From an uncultured Actinomycetes bacterium (GTDB taxonomy: Bacteria > Actinomycetota > Thermoleophilia > Gaiellales > Gaiellaceae): a stretch of 64,000 nucleotides of DNA. The position numbers were made by a program, and so were the translations under genes. Shown here one piece after another: positions 1 through 10,547 of this stretch; within the stretch, counting starts at the first letter, position 1, and every line of letters starts with the position of its first letter. Under the pieces are notes generated by a model. It was not told the origin of the DNA, ran no database searches, and saw only the letters and a list, made by a program, of their open reading frames with translations. The stretch is from NCBI GenBank assembly GCA_963796405.1, contig CAWCLL010000002.1:32510-96509 (forward strand), written 5' to 3'.

Positions 1-824
1 CGTACAAGACGGGCCTCGGACCGTTCGCGCCGGAGGTGTACCGGGCGCCGTACCCGAACGCGTACCGCGGCCCCGACGCGGAGCGGGCACTGGCGTCGCT
101 CGAGCGGATGTTCGTGTCGCACGTCCCGAGCGAGCACGTCGCGGCCATCGTCTTCGAGCCCCAGCAGGGCGAGGGCGGGTTCCTGCCTGCGCCCGCCGAG
201 TTCGTCGAGGGGCTGCGCAGGATCTGCGACGAGCACGGGATCGTCCTCGTCGCGGACGAGGTGCAGACCGGCTTCGGCCGCACCGGCCGCATGTTCGCGA
301 TGGAGCACTTCGGGGTCGAGGCCGACCTGATGACGGTCGCGAAGTCGATTGCCGGAGGGCTTCCGCTCTCGGGCGTCGTGGGGCGCGCCGCGATCATGGA
401 CGGCGCCCACCGGGGAGCGATCGGAGGGACGTACATCGGCAACCCCGTCGCGCTGGCCGCGGCCGCCGCGGTGCTGGACGTCTTCGAGGAGGAGCAGCTC
501 GTCGAGCGGGCCGGCACGCTCGGCGACGTGCTCCGCTCGCGCATGCTCGAGTGGCAGGAGCGCTGGCCGCGGATCGGGGACGTCCGCGGCCTCGGCGCGA
601 TGCTCGCGATCGAGCTCGTTCACGATCCGGCGACGAAGGCGCCCGCCCCGGAGCTCGCCGAGGCGGTCATCGACGAGGCGCTCGGGCGCGGGCTCCTCCT
701 GCTCAAGGCGGGCGTCCACGGGAACTGCATCCGCGTGCTCTGCCCGCTGACGATCTCGGAGGCCGAGCTCGGCGAGGGGCTCGACGTCTGGGAGGAGGCG
801 CTCGCCTCCGTCCTCGGCGCCTGA
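1..824 (+). CDS. gabT: Class-III PLP aminotransferase, 4-aminobutyrate aminotransferase-like; 5' end lies outside the window
   Basis: ORF 36..824, with the frame open to the window start. Motifs EPQQGEGGF, LVADEVQTGFGRTG, TVAKSIAGGLPLSG and GGTYIGNP are typical of GabT-type enzymes. Confidence 0.85.
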   Translation, partial: YKTGLGPFAPEVYRAPYPNAYRGPDAERALASLERMFVSHVPSEHVAAIVFEPQQGEGGFLPAPAEFVEGLRRICDEHGIVLVADEVQTGFGRTGRMFAMEHFGVEADLMTVAKSIAGGLPLSGVVGRAAIMDGAHRGAIGGTYIGNPVALAAAAAVLDVFEEEQLVERAGTLGDVLRSRMLEWQERWPRIGDVRGLGAMLAIELVHDPATKAPAPELAEAVIDEALGRGLLLLKAGVHGNCIRVLCPLTISEAELGEGLDVWEEALASVLGA

Positions 825-842
825 GGGCAGGCTAGCCTCGCC

Positions 843-1876
843 CTAGAACAGGAGCTTCGACCGCCGCTCGTGGCGCTCGAGCGCGAGCTCGACGAGCCGG
901 TCGAGCAGCTCGGCGTAGGGGATCCCTGACGCCTCGAACAGCTTCGCGTACACGCTGGTGGCCGTGAAGCCCGGGATCGTGTTGATCTCGTTCACGACGA
1001 CTTCGCCGCTCGGCCGGACGAAGAGATCGACGCGCGCCATGCCCTCGCACTCGGTCGCGACGAAGGCTTCGACCGCGATCGTTCGCACTCGCTCGGTCTC
1101 CTCCGCGGAGATCCGCGCCGGGACGATGAGGTCCATGCCGCCCTCGTCGTACTTCGCCGAGTAGTCGTACCACTCGGCGTGCGCGTCGATCTCGCCGACG
1201 ACGGACGCGATCGGGTCGCGGTTGCCGAGGACGCCGCACTCGACCTCGACCCCGTCCAGCAGCTCTTCGATCAGCACCTTGTCGTCGTGGCGCCGGGCGA
1301 GTGCGACGGCGGCGTCGAGCTCCTCCTCGTCGTGCGCCTTCGAGATGCCGACCGAGGATCCGAGCCGCGCGGGCTTCACGAAGACGGGATACGGGAACGG
1401 GTGCTCCGGCGGGTCGCCGTCGCGGAGGGTCACGTTGCGCGCGACGGGAATCCCGCGATCCCGCAGCACGGCCTTGAAGAGGTCCTTGTCCATGCACAGG
1501 GCCGACGCCGCGACCCCCGCGCCGACGTAGGGGATGCCGGCGAGCTCGAGGAGGCCCTGCACCGTCCCGTCCTCGCCGAAGGGCCCGTGCAGGACCGGGA
1601 GCGCGACGTCGATCCGACTCAGAGCCTCCGCCGGAGCCGAGTCGGCCGACCACTGGAGGCGTTTCGACGCTGGTCCCGTCAGTGAGCTCCGGGCAGCGCT
1701 GAGGCTGTCCGAGGGTTGCCTAGCTGCCAGCGGCCGGTTCGCCCGATCTCGATCGTCGTCGCCTCGTAGCGGTCGGGGTCGAGGGCTTCGAGCACCGAGC
1801 GCGCCGACGCGACGGAGATGTCGTGCTCGCTCGAGCGCCCGCCCGCGATCACGGCGACGCGTATCCGCTGCGTCAC
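843..1876 (-). pseudogene. ddl: D-alanine--D-alanine ligase with one apparent frameshift near 1680-1730 (or an assembly indel)
   Basis: The N-terminus RIRVAVIAGGRSSEHDISVASARSVLEAL lies in the tail of ORF 1679..2983. The rest (SRIDVALPVLHGPFGEDGTVQGLLELAGIPYVG ... NEINTIPGFT) is in the frame of ORF 843..1562. The GTG start at 1876 overlaps the pknB stop as GTGA. Confidence 0.85.
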
Positions 1877-3782
1877 GGCGTCGTCGTGGTCTCCGTGATC
1901 GTCTCTTCGACGAAACGCCACACGAAGAGCGTCACGAGCGTGTTCGGCGCAGCCTGCACGGTGCCCGCCGGATCCTGGGAGCTCACGATCCCGTCCAGCG
2001 ACGGGTCGCTCGTGTCCTCGAGCGACTCGCGCACCCGGAAGCCGGCGTTCTCGAGAGTCGCCCTGGCGACGGTGACGTCCTGGCCCGTGACGTCGGGAAT
2101 CGCGGCGGTCGACGGGCCTCTGGAGACCGAGAGCGTCACCGTCGTCCCCTTCGAGCTCTCGGCGCCGCCGTTCGGGTCCTGGTCGACGACGATGCCCTTG
2201 GCGAGGTCGGACGCGACATCGGCTCGGTTGACGCTGAAGCCGGCGCTCTGGAGCTCGGACGAGGCCTGGTCGAAGGGCAAGCCGATGACATTGGGCACGC
2301 TGACCGGCCGCGGCCCGGTCGACACGTTGATCTGCACGCGCGTGCCCTCGATCACCACGGTGCCCGCGCTCGGCGACTGCTTGGTGACGGTCCCCGCCTC
2401 CCGGTCGGAGTTGACCTCGACCACCTGCGCGTCGAGACCGGCCTGGGTCAGCTCCGCCACGGCGCTGTCGCGGGTCTGGCCGACGACGCTCGGGATCTCG
2501 ACCTCGGGTTTGCCGGAGGACACGTCGATCTGGACGCGTGTCTCGTCCTCGACGCGCGTGCCCTCGGTCGGGTTCTGCGCGAAGACGAAACCCTCCTCCA
2601 CGTCGGAGTTGGGGACGCGCCGGACGCGCGGGACGAGGCCTTCGTCGGTGATGAGGTTGACCGCCTGCGCCTGCTGGAGCCCGACGACGAACGGGACGGC
2701 CACCGGCCTCGCGTCCTCGAGCTGGTTCGAGATCGTGTCCCAGAGCAGGAAGCCGATGATGAGCAGCGCCAGCGCCGCGCCTGCGCCCGCGAGCCACGGC
2801 CAGAGCGGGCGCCGTCGCGGGCGGGTCGGGTCGAAGTCCGTCGGCTCGGCCGCGGTCAGCCGCGGGCGGCGCGCCACAGGTCGCCGCGGTCGGCGCGTCG
2901 GTGCCGAGGACCATCGTCGCGGCCTCCGCCGTCTCCACCGGGACGTGGCCGCCGTGCGCGACGGTCTCGAGGTCGGCGTCCATCGCGGCCGACGTCTGGT
3001 AGCGCTCCTTGGGCTCCTTGGAGAGGGCGCGGAGGACGACGAGGTCGAGGTCCTCCGGAATCTCCGGACGGAGGTCGGACGGCGGCGCGCGGCGGCTCGG
3101 CGATGTGCTTCATCGCGATCTCGACGGGCGTCTCGCCCGAGAACGGCACCCGCGCCGTGAGCAGCTCGTAGAGGACGATGCCGGTCGAGTAGAGATCGGA
3201 CGACTGGTCGACCGGCGCGCCGCGCGCCTGCTCGGGCGAGAGGTACTGCGCCGTGCCGATGATCGCGCCCTCCTCCGTCATCTGGCTGGCGCCGGCGCGC
3301 GCGATGCCGAAGTCCGTGACCTTGACGACGCCCTCCGGGTCGACGATCACGTTGTGCGGCTTGATGTCCCGGTGGATGACGCCGTTTCGGTGCGCGTAGC
3401 GGAGCGCGGAGAGGATCTGGCGCGTGTACGCGATCGCGACCGGGATCGGGCACGGGCCGCGGCTCCGGATCAGCTCCTTGAGCGTGCGCCCCTCGACGCA
3501 CTCCATGACGATGAAGTACGAGCCGTCCGCTTCGCCGCGGTCGAAGATGGCGACGATGTTCGGGTGCGAGAGGCCGGCCGCGTGGGTCGCCTCCCGGCGG
3601 AAGCGCTCGACGAACTGCTCGTCGTTCGCGTATCGCTGGTGAAGGATCTTGATCGCGACGCGGCGCCCCAGCTCCTGGTCCTCTGCGAGGTAGACGTCGG
3701 CCATGCCGCCGCCGCCGAGCTTCCGCGTGATGCGGTAGCGCCCTGCGAAGAGCGTGCCGGTGAGTGTGTGCTGGGTCGCCAT
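1873..3782 (-). pseudogene. pknB: PASTA-domain Ser/Thr protein kinase, frame broken near 3085 and near 2870
   Basis: Kinase domain in ORF 2856..3782 (GGGGMADVYLA, HRDIKPHN, DFGIA, SPEQ). Linker (PSDLRPEIPEDLDLVVLRALSKEPKERYQ..MDADLETV) is in a third frame. TM segment plus four PASTA-like repeats are in ORF 1873..3501. Confidence 0.9.
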
Positions 3783-3810
3783 GTTTGCCTAGAGGTTAGG
3801 GATTCTCCCT

Positions 3811-5287
3811 TTACGGCAGGATTGCCTGCATGACCGCGCGCGCGATCGGCGCCGCCGTCGAGCCGCCGGTCCCGGATTGGTTCTGGAGGACGACCGCGAT
3901 CGCGAGCTCCGCGGGCGAGCTCTCGTCGCGGGAGGCGAAGGCGATGAACCACGTCGTGTTCGCGCCCGGGAATGCCCGTCTCGCCGGTCCCGGTCTTGCC
4001 GCCGACCGACCAGCCGGGGATCTGCGCGGCGGTGCCCGTGCCGCTCGAGACGCCGAGCCGCATCATCCCCGCGACCGCGTTCGCCGTGGAAGCGCTCACG
4101 GCCTGGCGGACGAGCGCAGGTCGCTGACGCAGGACGACGCTCCCCTTCGGGCTGACGATCCTGCTCACGACTTGAGGCTCATAGAGCTTTCCGCCCACAC
4201 CGATAGCGCCCGCGACCATCGCCATCTGCAGCGGGGTCACGAGCATCCGTTCCTGGCCGAACGCCATGCGGCCCGCGTCGACGTCCGGGTTCTGTCTCGG
4301 ATAGTAGAGACGGCCGTTGTCGTACAGCCCGCTCGGCCGCCGCTCGTCGGCCGGGCGTCTCGAGCGGCGGCAGCTCGTAGAACCCGAAGTTCCTCGCCGT
4401 GTCGAGGATGCGCTTCGCGCCGAGCGCCTTGCCGATGTTGCAGAACACGGAGTTGACGGAGTTCGCGAGGGCGCTCACGAGGTCGAGCTGCCCGAACGGG
4501 CTGCTCGTGTCGAAGTTGTTCACGCGCTTGCCGTAGACGATGCAGTAGCCCGGGTCGTCGAACGACGACGCGGGCGCTGAACTTGCGCGACTCGAGGGCG
4601 GCCGCGGCGGTGACGACCTTGAAGGTCGAGCCGGGCACGAAGAGCCCGGCGCTCGCGCGGTTGAGGAGCGGCGCCGGCGAGCGGCAGTTCCCGCCGATCT
4701 GCTCGATCTTGTCGAACTGGGTCTCCGCGAGGTTCGGGTCGAAGCTCGGGGACGAGGCCATGACCTTGACCTTTCCCGTTCGCGGGTCGAGCGCGACGAC
4801 CGCGCCGCACTGTCTTCCGAGCTGCTGCGAGCGCGACCTGCTGGGCGTCGAGGTCGAGCGTCGTGTGGACGTCGTTGCCCTTGACCGGCTTCCCGCGCAG
4901 CTCGTCCAGCGCCTTGTCCACGAGAGCGGAGAGGTTCGCCGTCGACGACGTGAGGTAGTCGTTGAGCGAGCGCTCGAGCCCGGTCCGCGACCGTCCGACC
5001 GTGTTGTAGCCGACGACATGGGCCGTGAGCGGGCCGCGCGGGTAGCGGCGGAAGTAGAGCGTCCTGCCGTCGACCTTGCGCGGCTTGTTGCGCGCGAGCT
5101 GGCGCCGCGGCTGCCCCGAGAGGATGAGCCCGCGGTCGATGGCGATCTCGGCCACGCGCTTGATCGCGTTGTCCTGGCGATCCGAGAGGCCGGCGGACGC
5201 CCACGTCGTCCAGTACGTCGTCATGACGACGAGCACGCCGACGAGGACGAGCGCGACATACGTGACGCGGACGATCTGCTTGTTCAC
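3811..5287 (-). pseudogene. pbpA: Penicillin-binding protein (class B transpeptidase, PbpA-like) with about four frame breaks near 4860, 4575, 4330 and 3950
   Basis: N-terminal TM and dimerisation part in the tail of ORF 4520..6928. STFK active-site region in ORF 4237..5019. SVN-region (ALANSVNSVF) in ORF 4179..5204. KTGT region in ORF 3470..4267. The C-terminus ANTTWFIAFASRD...AILP* is restored by removing one base at CCCGGG. The GTG start at 5287 overlaps the rodA stop. Confidence 0.85.
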
Positions 5288-6588
5288 GTCCGGCTCAGGG
5301 CATTCGCCCGGTTGGAGACGAGGAGGAGCAAGGCGAGGAGAACGAAGTTCGCGACGATGCTCGTTCCGCCGTACGAGACGAACGGGAGCGTGATCCCGGT
5401 CAACGGCACGATGCGGAGGATCCCGCCGACGATCACGAACGTCTGCAGCGCGAAGCCGAACGTCAGCCCGGCCGCGAGCAGCTTCGAGAACCCGTCCTGC
5501 GCACGGAGCGCGACCCGCATGCCGCGCGCGACGAAGACCATGTAGACGAGGAGGAGCGCGGCTGCGCCGATGAGCCCGAGCTCCTGCGTGATCGCGGAGA
5601 AGATGAAGTCCGTCCGGAGGGCCGGGATGAGCTCCGCGCCGTCCGGCGCAACGAAGATGCCCTCGCCGAGGCCGGTGCCGCCGTAGCCGCCGTTCCCGAT
5701 CGAGTACAGGCTCCTCACGAGCTGAAACGAGTCGCAGTCCTGCCGGAGCATCATCTCGCCGTTCTGGGCACAGAACTCGGGCTCGTCCGTCCAGGGGCTG
5801 AGCCAGATCGTCACGCGCGTCTGCACGCGGTCGATCGCGGTGTACAGGAACGCGGCGCCGCCGACGAAGAGCGCGAGCCCGGCGCCGACGTACAGCGCCT
5901 TGCCGGTCGCGACGTAGAGCATCGCGAGGAAGATCCCGAAGTTGAGGAGCGCGCTTCCGAGGTCGTTCGTCTGGACGATGACGAGCATCGCGGCGCCCCA
6001 GATCGCGAAGAGCGGCCCGAAGTCCTTGAGCCTCCCCTGCGCCAGCGCCTCGCGCTTCTCGCGCAGGTAGCCGGCGAGGAAGAGGATGAGGCAGATCTTC
6101 GCGAGCTCGCCGGGCTGGAACTGGAGCGGGCCGAGGTCCACCCACAGCCGCGCCTCGCCCACGCGCTCGCCGATGATCGGGAACGACGGGAGCACGAGCA
6201 GCACGACGGCGGCGACGCCGAACAGGTAGCGGTACGACTCGAGGACGCGGTAGTCGTGGCGGAGCACGATCAGGGTGCCCGCGAACGCGGCCACGCCGAT
6301 GAGCACCCACAGCGCCTGCCGGCCTCCCGTCGGATCGAGCCGGTAGTTCAGGACGAGGCCGAAGGCGGTGAGGACCGCGGCGAGCGGGAGCAGGGCGCCG
6401 TCCGCGTACGGGACCGTCCGGCGCACGACGATGTGCGCCGCGACGTACAGGGCGAGGAACAGGAGCCCGTACGTGAACACGCTCGGCGACACCTGCGACG
6501 AGCGGGCGATCGTCACGGTCGCGAGCGCGGTACCCGCGATCAGCGAGGCGACGACGAGCCCGAAGAGCTCCCGGTTGCGGGCGGTCAC
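5284..6588 (-). CDS. rodA: SEDS-family peptidoglycan polymerase (RodA/FtsW)
   Basis: Intact 434-aa polytopic ORF with FtsW/RodA-like sequence. Sits between pstP and pbpA as in the conserved actinobacterial cluster. Confidence 0.85.
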   Translation of the reverse strand: MTARNRELFGLVVASLIAGTALATVTIARSSQVSPSVFTYGLLFLALYVAAHIVVRRTVPYADGALLPLAAVLTAFGLVLNYRLDPTGGRQALWVLIGVAAFAGTLIVLRHDYRVLESYRYLFGVAAVVLLVLPSFPIIGERVGEARLWVDLGPLQFQPGELAKICLILFLAGYLREKREALAQGRLKDFGPLFAIWGAAMLVIVQTNDLGSALLNFGIFLAMLYVATGKALYVGAGLALFVGGAAFLYTAIDRVQTRVTIWLSPWTDEPEFCAQNGEMMLRQDCDSFQLVRSLYSIGNGGYGGTGLGEGIFVAPDGAELIPALRTDFIFSAITQELGLIGAAALLLVYMVFVARGMRVALRAQDGFSKLLAAGLTFGFALQTFVIVGGILRIVPLTGITLPFVSYGGTSIVANFVLLALLLLVSNRANALSRT

Positions 6589-7535
6589 CGTGCGGTCGCG
6601 AGGTAGAGAGCGACGACGCCGACCGCGAGGACGACGGCGATGAGCGCGAGCGCGCTCCAGCGGCCGCCCTTGCCGGCGCCGAATCGAGAGTGCGGCTGCG
6701 TGGGCTCCTCGTCGGTCTCCGGCTCGCCCGCGCCGTCGAGCGTCGTCTCGGTGCGGACGGCGGTGGTGGGAACGTCCTCGAGCGTGACGCCGTCCGGCGA
6801 GTCGGCCGCCTCGAGCAGCTCGAACAGCACGACGGTGATGTTGTCCTCGCCGCCGTGGTCGTTGGCCGCTGCCACGAGCGCCTCCGCGGCCCGTACGGGA
6901 TCGCGGCCCGCGGCCTCGATGGCTGCACCCATCTCGTCGTCTCCGACCATGACCGGCAGCCCGTCGGAGCAGATCAGGAACAGGTCGCCGTGCTCGGCCT
7001 GGACCGTGAAAGCGTCGACCTCGACGGAAGGCTCCGTCCCGAGGGCCCGCGTGATCGCGGAGCGCTGCGGGTGGCGCTCGGCCTCCTCCGGAGTCAGGAC
7101 GCCGCTCTGCACGAGCTCCGCGACGAGGGAGTGGTCGGTCGTGATCTGCTCGAGCCGGCCGTCACGCAAGAGATACGCGCGCGAGTCGCCGACGTGCCCG
7201 ATGCCGACGGTCCCGTTCGGGGCGTCGACGAGCGCGACGGTGACGGTCGTTCCCATGCCCGCGGTCGCCGGATCGTTGAGCGAGCGCTCCCAGATGCGCC
7301 GGTTGGCCTCGGTGATGAGCGCGACGACGCCCTCCTCGCCGTGCGTCTCGCTGCCCGCCTCCTCGAGTGCCGCGGCGGCGAGACCGGCCGCGACCTCGCC
7401 TCCGCGGGCGCCCCCCATGCCGTCGGCGACGGCGAAGAGCGGGGGCTCGCAGATGAACGCGTCCTCGTTCCGGAGCCGCCGCCGGCCCGGATCCGTGATG
7501 CCCGCCGCGCGTCCGATGCGCATCGCCGTCGTCAT
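6585..7535 (-). CDS. pstP: PP2C-family Ser/Thr phosphatase with C-terminal TM anchor
   Basis: MTTAMRIG...RNEDAF...AVADGMGG...GDSRAYL...SDGL...GGEDNITVV, followed by a TM helix. The ATG at 7535 overlaps the fhaB stop as ATGA. Confidence 0.9.
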   Translation of the reverse strand: MTTAMRIGRAAGITDPGRRRLRNEDAFICEPPLFAVADGMGGARGGEVAAGLAAAALEEAGSETHGEEGVVALITEANRRIWERSLNDPATAGMGTTVTVALVDAPNGTVGIGHVGDSRAYLLRDGRLEQITTDHSLVAELVQSGVLTPEEAERHPQRSAITRALGTEPSVEVDAFTVQAEHGDLFLICSDGLPVMVGDDEMGAAIEAAGRDPVRAAEALVAAANDHGGEDNITVVLFELLEAADSPDGVTLEDVPTTAVRTETTLDGAGEPETDEEPTQPHSRFGAGKGGRWSALALIAVVLAVGVVALYLATAR

Positions 7536-8032
7536 GGCTCGAACCGGAGCTCGGTCTCGCCGATGCGGAGCACGTCGCCCGGCTTCAGCCGCTCCGCGGC
7601 GATCCGTCCGCCGTTGACGAAGGTCCCGTTCGTGGAGCCGAGGTCCTCGACCCAGACCCCGTCCGTCCGCGGGTCGATGCGCGCGTGCCGGGCGGACGCG
7701 AACTCGTCGTCGTGGAGCGGGATGCCGTTGTCGGCCTCTCTCCCGACGACGCTCGTCGACGTGAGCTCGATCTTGCTGCCCGCCTTCAGGTCGGGGCCTT
7801 CGAGGACGACGAAGCGCGCGGTCGCCTTCTCGTCCACGCCGTACTCGGCGCGCGCCCTCGCCGCCTCGGCCGCGCCCAGGATGATGCTCTCCTGCGGCGC
7901 CTCGCCGATGTCTCGCGTCGCCGAGCGCACGATGTAGAGGATGAAGGCGTAGAGGAGCACGAGGAAGGCGATCTTGAGTATCAGGAGCGTCTCGTCCGTC
8001 GCGAGCGCGAACTCCGGCGTCGGGATTGTCAC
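7532..8032 (-). CDS. fhaB: FHA-domain protein with N-terminal TM (FhaB/FipA-like)
   Basis: 166-aa ORF with the C-terminal FHA signature [17 protein letters not shown]...[12 protein letters not shown]. Confidence 0.85.
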   Translation of the reverse strand: MTIPTPEFALATDETLLILKIAFLVLLYAFILYIVRSATRDIGEAPQESIILGAAEAARARAEYGVDEKATARFVVLEGPDLKAGSKIELTSTSVVGREADNGIPLHDDEFASARHARIDPRTDGVWVEDLGSTNGTFVNGGRIAAERLKPGDVLRIGETELRFEP

Positions 8033-8814
8033 GGAAGCGAGCGCCCGAAGCTGATCTCGGTCGAGCCCAGGGTGACCACGTCACCGTCCCGCAGGCGCTC
8101 GCGCTCGACCTGCTTCCCGTTGACGAGGGTTCCGTTGGTCGATCCGAGATCGACGATCCAGTACGTGGCGCCCTCCTGGCGGAGCTCGGCATGGCGGCGG
8201 GAGACGTTGAGGTCGGAGACGTGGATGTCGCAGGTTCGCGAGCGCCCGAGCACGACCCGCGGCGACGTGACCTCCTGCTTGCGGCCGGCGATCGTCAGGG
8301 TGACGATCTCCTGCTCGGCCGGGGCCGGCGGTGCGTCGTCGTCGGCTTCCGGAGCGGGAACGGGCGCGCGGTAGATCATCGTCTGCCCGGCGGGCTGGTC
8401 GAGCGGCAGCTCGGGGAGCGCCTCGCCCGACGGCACGTCGGCGTCCGCGGAGACGAGACGGGTCGCGATCCCGAACTCGCCGACGGCGAGGTCCGCGTCC
8501 GTGGTCACGAGCACGTCCGGCGCGGTGAGGAGCGCGTACCGCTCGCGGCGCGCGTGCTCGGCCAGGTACTCCTCGAGCTCGCCCACGAGCGACTCCTCGT
8601 ACCCCGCGAGCTGCTGCCGGTCGGGCGGGGAGAGATAGATCGTGTACTCGTTCGGCACGTACACGCGCGAGACGGAGACGGTGCGGTGGTCGTCCATCTC
8701 CTTCGCGAGCTTGCGCGCCAGCTCGATGGGCTGGACGTGCGTCCGGAACGCGCGGCCGAAGACGCCCTCGAACAAACCCTCGATCTTGGATTCGATCGTG
8801 CGAAACACGCTCAT
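8029..8814 (-). CDS. fhaA: DUF3662 + FHA-domain protein (FhaA-like)
   Basis: [24 protein letters not shown]-terminus. The C-terminal FHA domain is [20 protein letters not shown]...[12 protein letters not shown]. The ATG at 8812-8814 was confirmed by codon counting. Confidence 0.9.
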   Translation of the reverse strand: MSVFRTIESKIEGLFEGVFGRAFRTHVQPIELARKLAKEMDDHRTVSVSRVYVPNEYTIYLSPPDRQQLAGYEESLVGELEEYLAEHARRERYALLTAPDVLVTTDADLAVGEFGIATRLVSADADVPSGEALPELPLDQPAGQTMIYRAPVPAPEADDDAPPAPAEQEIVTLTIAGRKQEVTSPRVVLGRSRTCDIHVSDLNVSRRHAELRQEGATYWIVDLGSTNGTLVNGKQVERERLRDGDVVTLGSTEISFGRSLP

Positions 8815-8839
8815 CGGTGGCTTCCCACCCGGGTTGAGT

Positions 8840-10458
8840 CTACCCGCGTGCTCCCGCCGCAACGGCGCCCGCAACGCCCCACGCAAGCGCGACGAGGAGC
8901 ACGGAGACGACCCCGGCTCCCGCTGCGACGACGCCCGCGAGCAGCACCGCTCCGACCGCGAGCACGCCGTAGCGCGAGCGGCGGCGGGCCAGCGGCAGGA
9001 TCGCGGCGGCTGCTCCGGCGACGGCGGCTGCCGCGGGCACGAGCGGTGCGCCGAGGAGCGCCCCGTAGAGGGCGGCGCCGACCTCGACCGGCGAGTCGAC
9101 CGGCGTGATCCGCAAGGGATCCGCGGGCTCGCCCGCGGGCGGAAGGCCTTCCTTCGCGACTCCGGCCGTGAGCGCCGCGGCGAGGACCGCGAGCGCAGCC
9201 TGCGCCGCGCGCCGTCGCGATGCCGCGTGCGGGCTGGACGACCAGCGGGACGAGCGCGAGGAGACCGACGGGCGCGAGGAGCGGTCCCGACACGAACAGC
9301 AGCCCGTAGCGCGCGTCGCGCCACGCCACGGCGAGCCACGCGAGCGCGAAGGCTCCGTAGAGGGCGGCGGCGCCCTGCGAGACGTTTCCGATGGGAAAGA
9401 CGGGCGCGGCGAGGGCGACCGCGAGCCCCAGGCGCGGATCGAACCAGGCCGCGAGCCCCGCGCCGAGGGCGATCGCGACGACGAGCGCCGCCGGCCAGAA
9501 GGGGAGCAGCGTCGCTCCTAGAGCGGCCGTCGATGACGGCCAGGCCGACTGGCAGAGCGCGCTTCGGCCACTCCGGGCGCGTCCGCGGGCGGGTACTGGG
9601 AGCGCCGCGCGGCCGGGCCGTCCTCTTGGCCGGAGCGGAGCGAAGGGCGGAACGGAGCTCCGAGGCGAACGCCGAGGCACGCGGGCGGTTGTCGGGATCG
9701 AGCGACAGCGCGCCGTCGACCGCCGCGAGCAGCCGGCGTGGCAGGTCCCGGCGCTCGCTGCCGAGAGGCGGGGCGCCCGCCTCGATGGCCGTGGCGACCT
9801 CCTGCAGCGGAAGCCCCCAGAAGGGATGCCGTCCCGCAAGCGCCTCCCAGACGACGACGCCGACCGACCAGACGTCGCTCTCCGCCTGAGCCTCGGCGCC
9901 TGCGAGCCGCTCGGGCGCGATGTACGCGAGCGTTCCGGGGACGTCTCCGACGTTCGTGAGCGTGTCGGCGCCGTCGAACTGCGCGAGGCCGAAGTCGAGC
10001 AGGCGGGTCGCGACCTCGTCCCGGTGCTCGAGCAGGATGTTCGACGGCTTGACGTCGCGGTGCACGATCCCCATGCGGTGCGCGTGGGCCAGCGCGTCCA
10101 GCACCTGGGCCGCGATCTCGACGGCGTCGGCGTCGCCGACCTCGTCCATCCGCATCGCCTCGCGCAGCGTGCGCCCGGCGACGTACTCGTACGCGATGTA
10201 GACGTGGCCGGAGTCGTGGCCGACGTCGTACGCGCGCACGCAGCGGTCGTGGCGCAGACGGCGCGCGGCGAGCGCCTCGCGCTCCGCGCGCGCGGCCGCC
10301 TTCCCTTCGCGCGTGATGATCTTCAGCGCGACGTCGAGCCCCGTCTGCTCGTCGCACGCGAGCCAGACCGAGCCGGAGCCCCCGCTTCCGAGCGGGCGGA
10401 CCGGCCGGTAGCGGCCGAGGACGAGCTCTCGGGTGGAGGGAATCGCGAGGGACGACAC
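8840..10458 (-). pseudogene. Ser/Thr protein kinase fused to a polytopic membrane C-terminal region; frame broken near 9600 and near 9225
   Basis: Kinase motifs GSGGSGSVWLA, HRDVKPSNILL, DFGLA and APERL in ORF 8029..10458. Hydrophobic helices continue in ORFs 8811..9839 and 8840..9115. Confidence 0.75.
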
Positions 10459-10547
10459 CGGTGCGGCCCTCTTGGCCCTTTCCGGCCGTTTCCCTCCTCT
10501 GTCGCTCCTGTGCCTCGTCTAGAGTGGCCGCAGGGACGGGTGGTCTG

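Noticed and set aside
1534-3171. Long alternate-frame or antisense ORFs rich in Arg/Pro/Ala/Gly. Examples: 1534..3171+, 4520..6928- (upstream part), 6585..8192- (upstream part), 13095..15023+ (upstream part), 15523..17289-, 17148..18929-, 39634..43038-, 44955..46016-, 46806..47777-.
   Set aside because: Stop codons are rare in off-frames of very GC-rich DNA. These translations are low-complexity, have no recognisable motifs, and overlap clearly homologous genes in another frame or on the other strand.
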